Source: Octopus sinensis
Lineage: Eukaryota
NCBI RefSeq assembly: GCF_006345805.1
Contig: NC_043007.1
Coordinates: forward strand, 65,038,001-65,102,000
Direction: 5' to 3'
DNA: 64,000 bases
A program made the translations under genes and the position numbers. Below the pieces are notes generated by a model. That model did no database searches. It saw only the letters and a list, made by a program, of their open reading frames with translations, and was not told the origin of the DNA. Position 1 is the first letter of the stretch. The number at the start of each line of letters is the position of its first letter. Positions 63,698 to 64,000 of this stretch are shown here, piece by piece.

Positions 63698-64000
63698 CAA
63701 TAAATGAATTAAAAATAAGGAAATCATGCAATGAACTTCATTGGCAACGTATGCTTCTATTATAAGGTGCTGTCATTTGGTATTTTTCAGCGGTGGTCGT
63801 TTCTGTTTTCTGTATATGTAAATACTTTCTCAAACCTAAACTTCACTTTTGAAGGTCCGAGGAAGCTAGAAGGTGATACACAAATATTCAACTCTGATTA
63901 CAGTGCACGTTATGGCAGAAAGAGCTGTAAACTAGTGAATTTCGTCGCATAATTTCTTGTTCTTTATTTGATTTCGTATTACGTTCTATACCCAATTAAC

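Overview
Eukaryotic, AT-rich DNA saturated with microsatellites and repeats. The SINE families and microsatellite style strongly suggest an octopus (cephalopod) genome; this is inferred from sequence recognition, not from a database search. The window looks intronic or intergenic. It holds decayed non-LTR retrotransposons (R4/Dong-like, RTE, CR1-clade), a near full-length Penelope-like element (PLE) plus PLE fragments, a probable DIRS relic, Tc1, mariner and maT DNA transposons, MITE-like foldbacks, a Lep1-like Helitron-type element and many tRNA-derived SINEs. No intact protein-coding gene could be assembled. Most long ORFs in the track are microsatellite artefacts or transposon fragments, and a few possible small exons remain unresolved. 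The main signal not shown by the ORF track is a high density of type I hammerhead ribozyme (HHR) motifs from at least five unrelated sequence families. Three of these families sit inside short, near-perfect palindromes flanked by TA runs (29.0, 40.9 and 46.6 kb). All structures and translations were read by eye, and coordinates of decayed elements are approximate.
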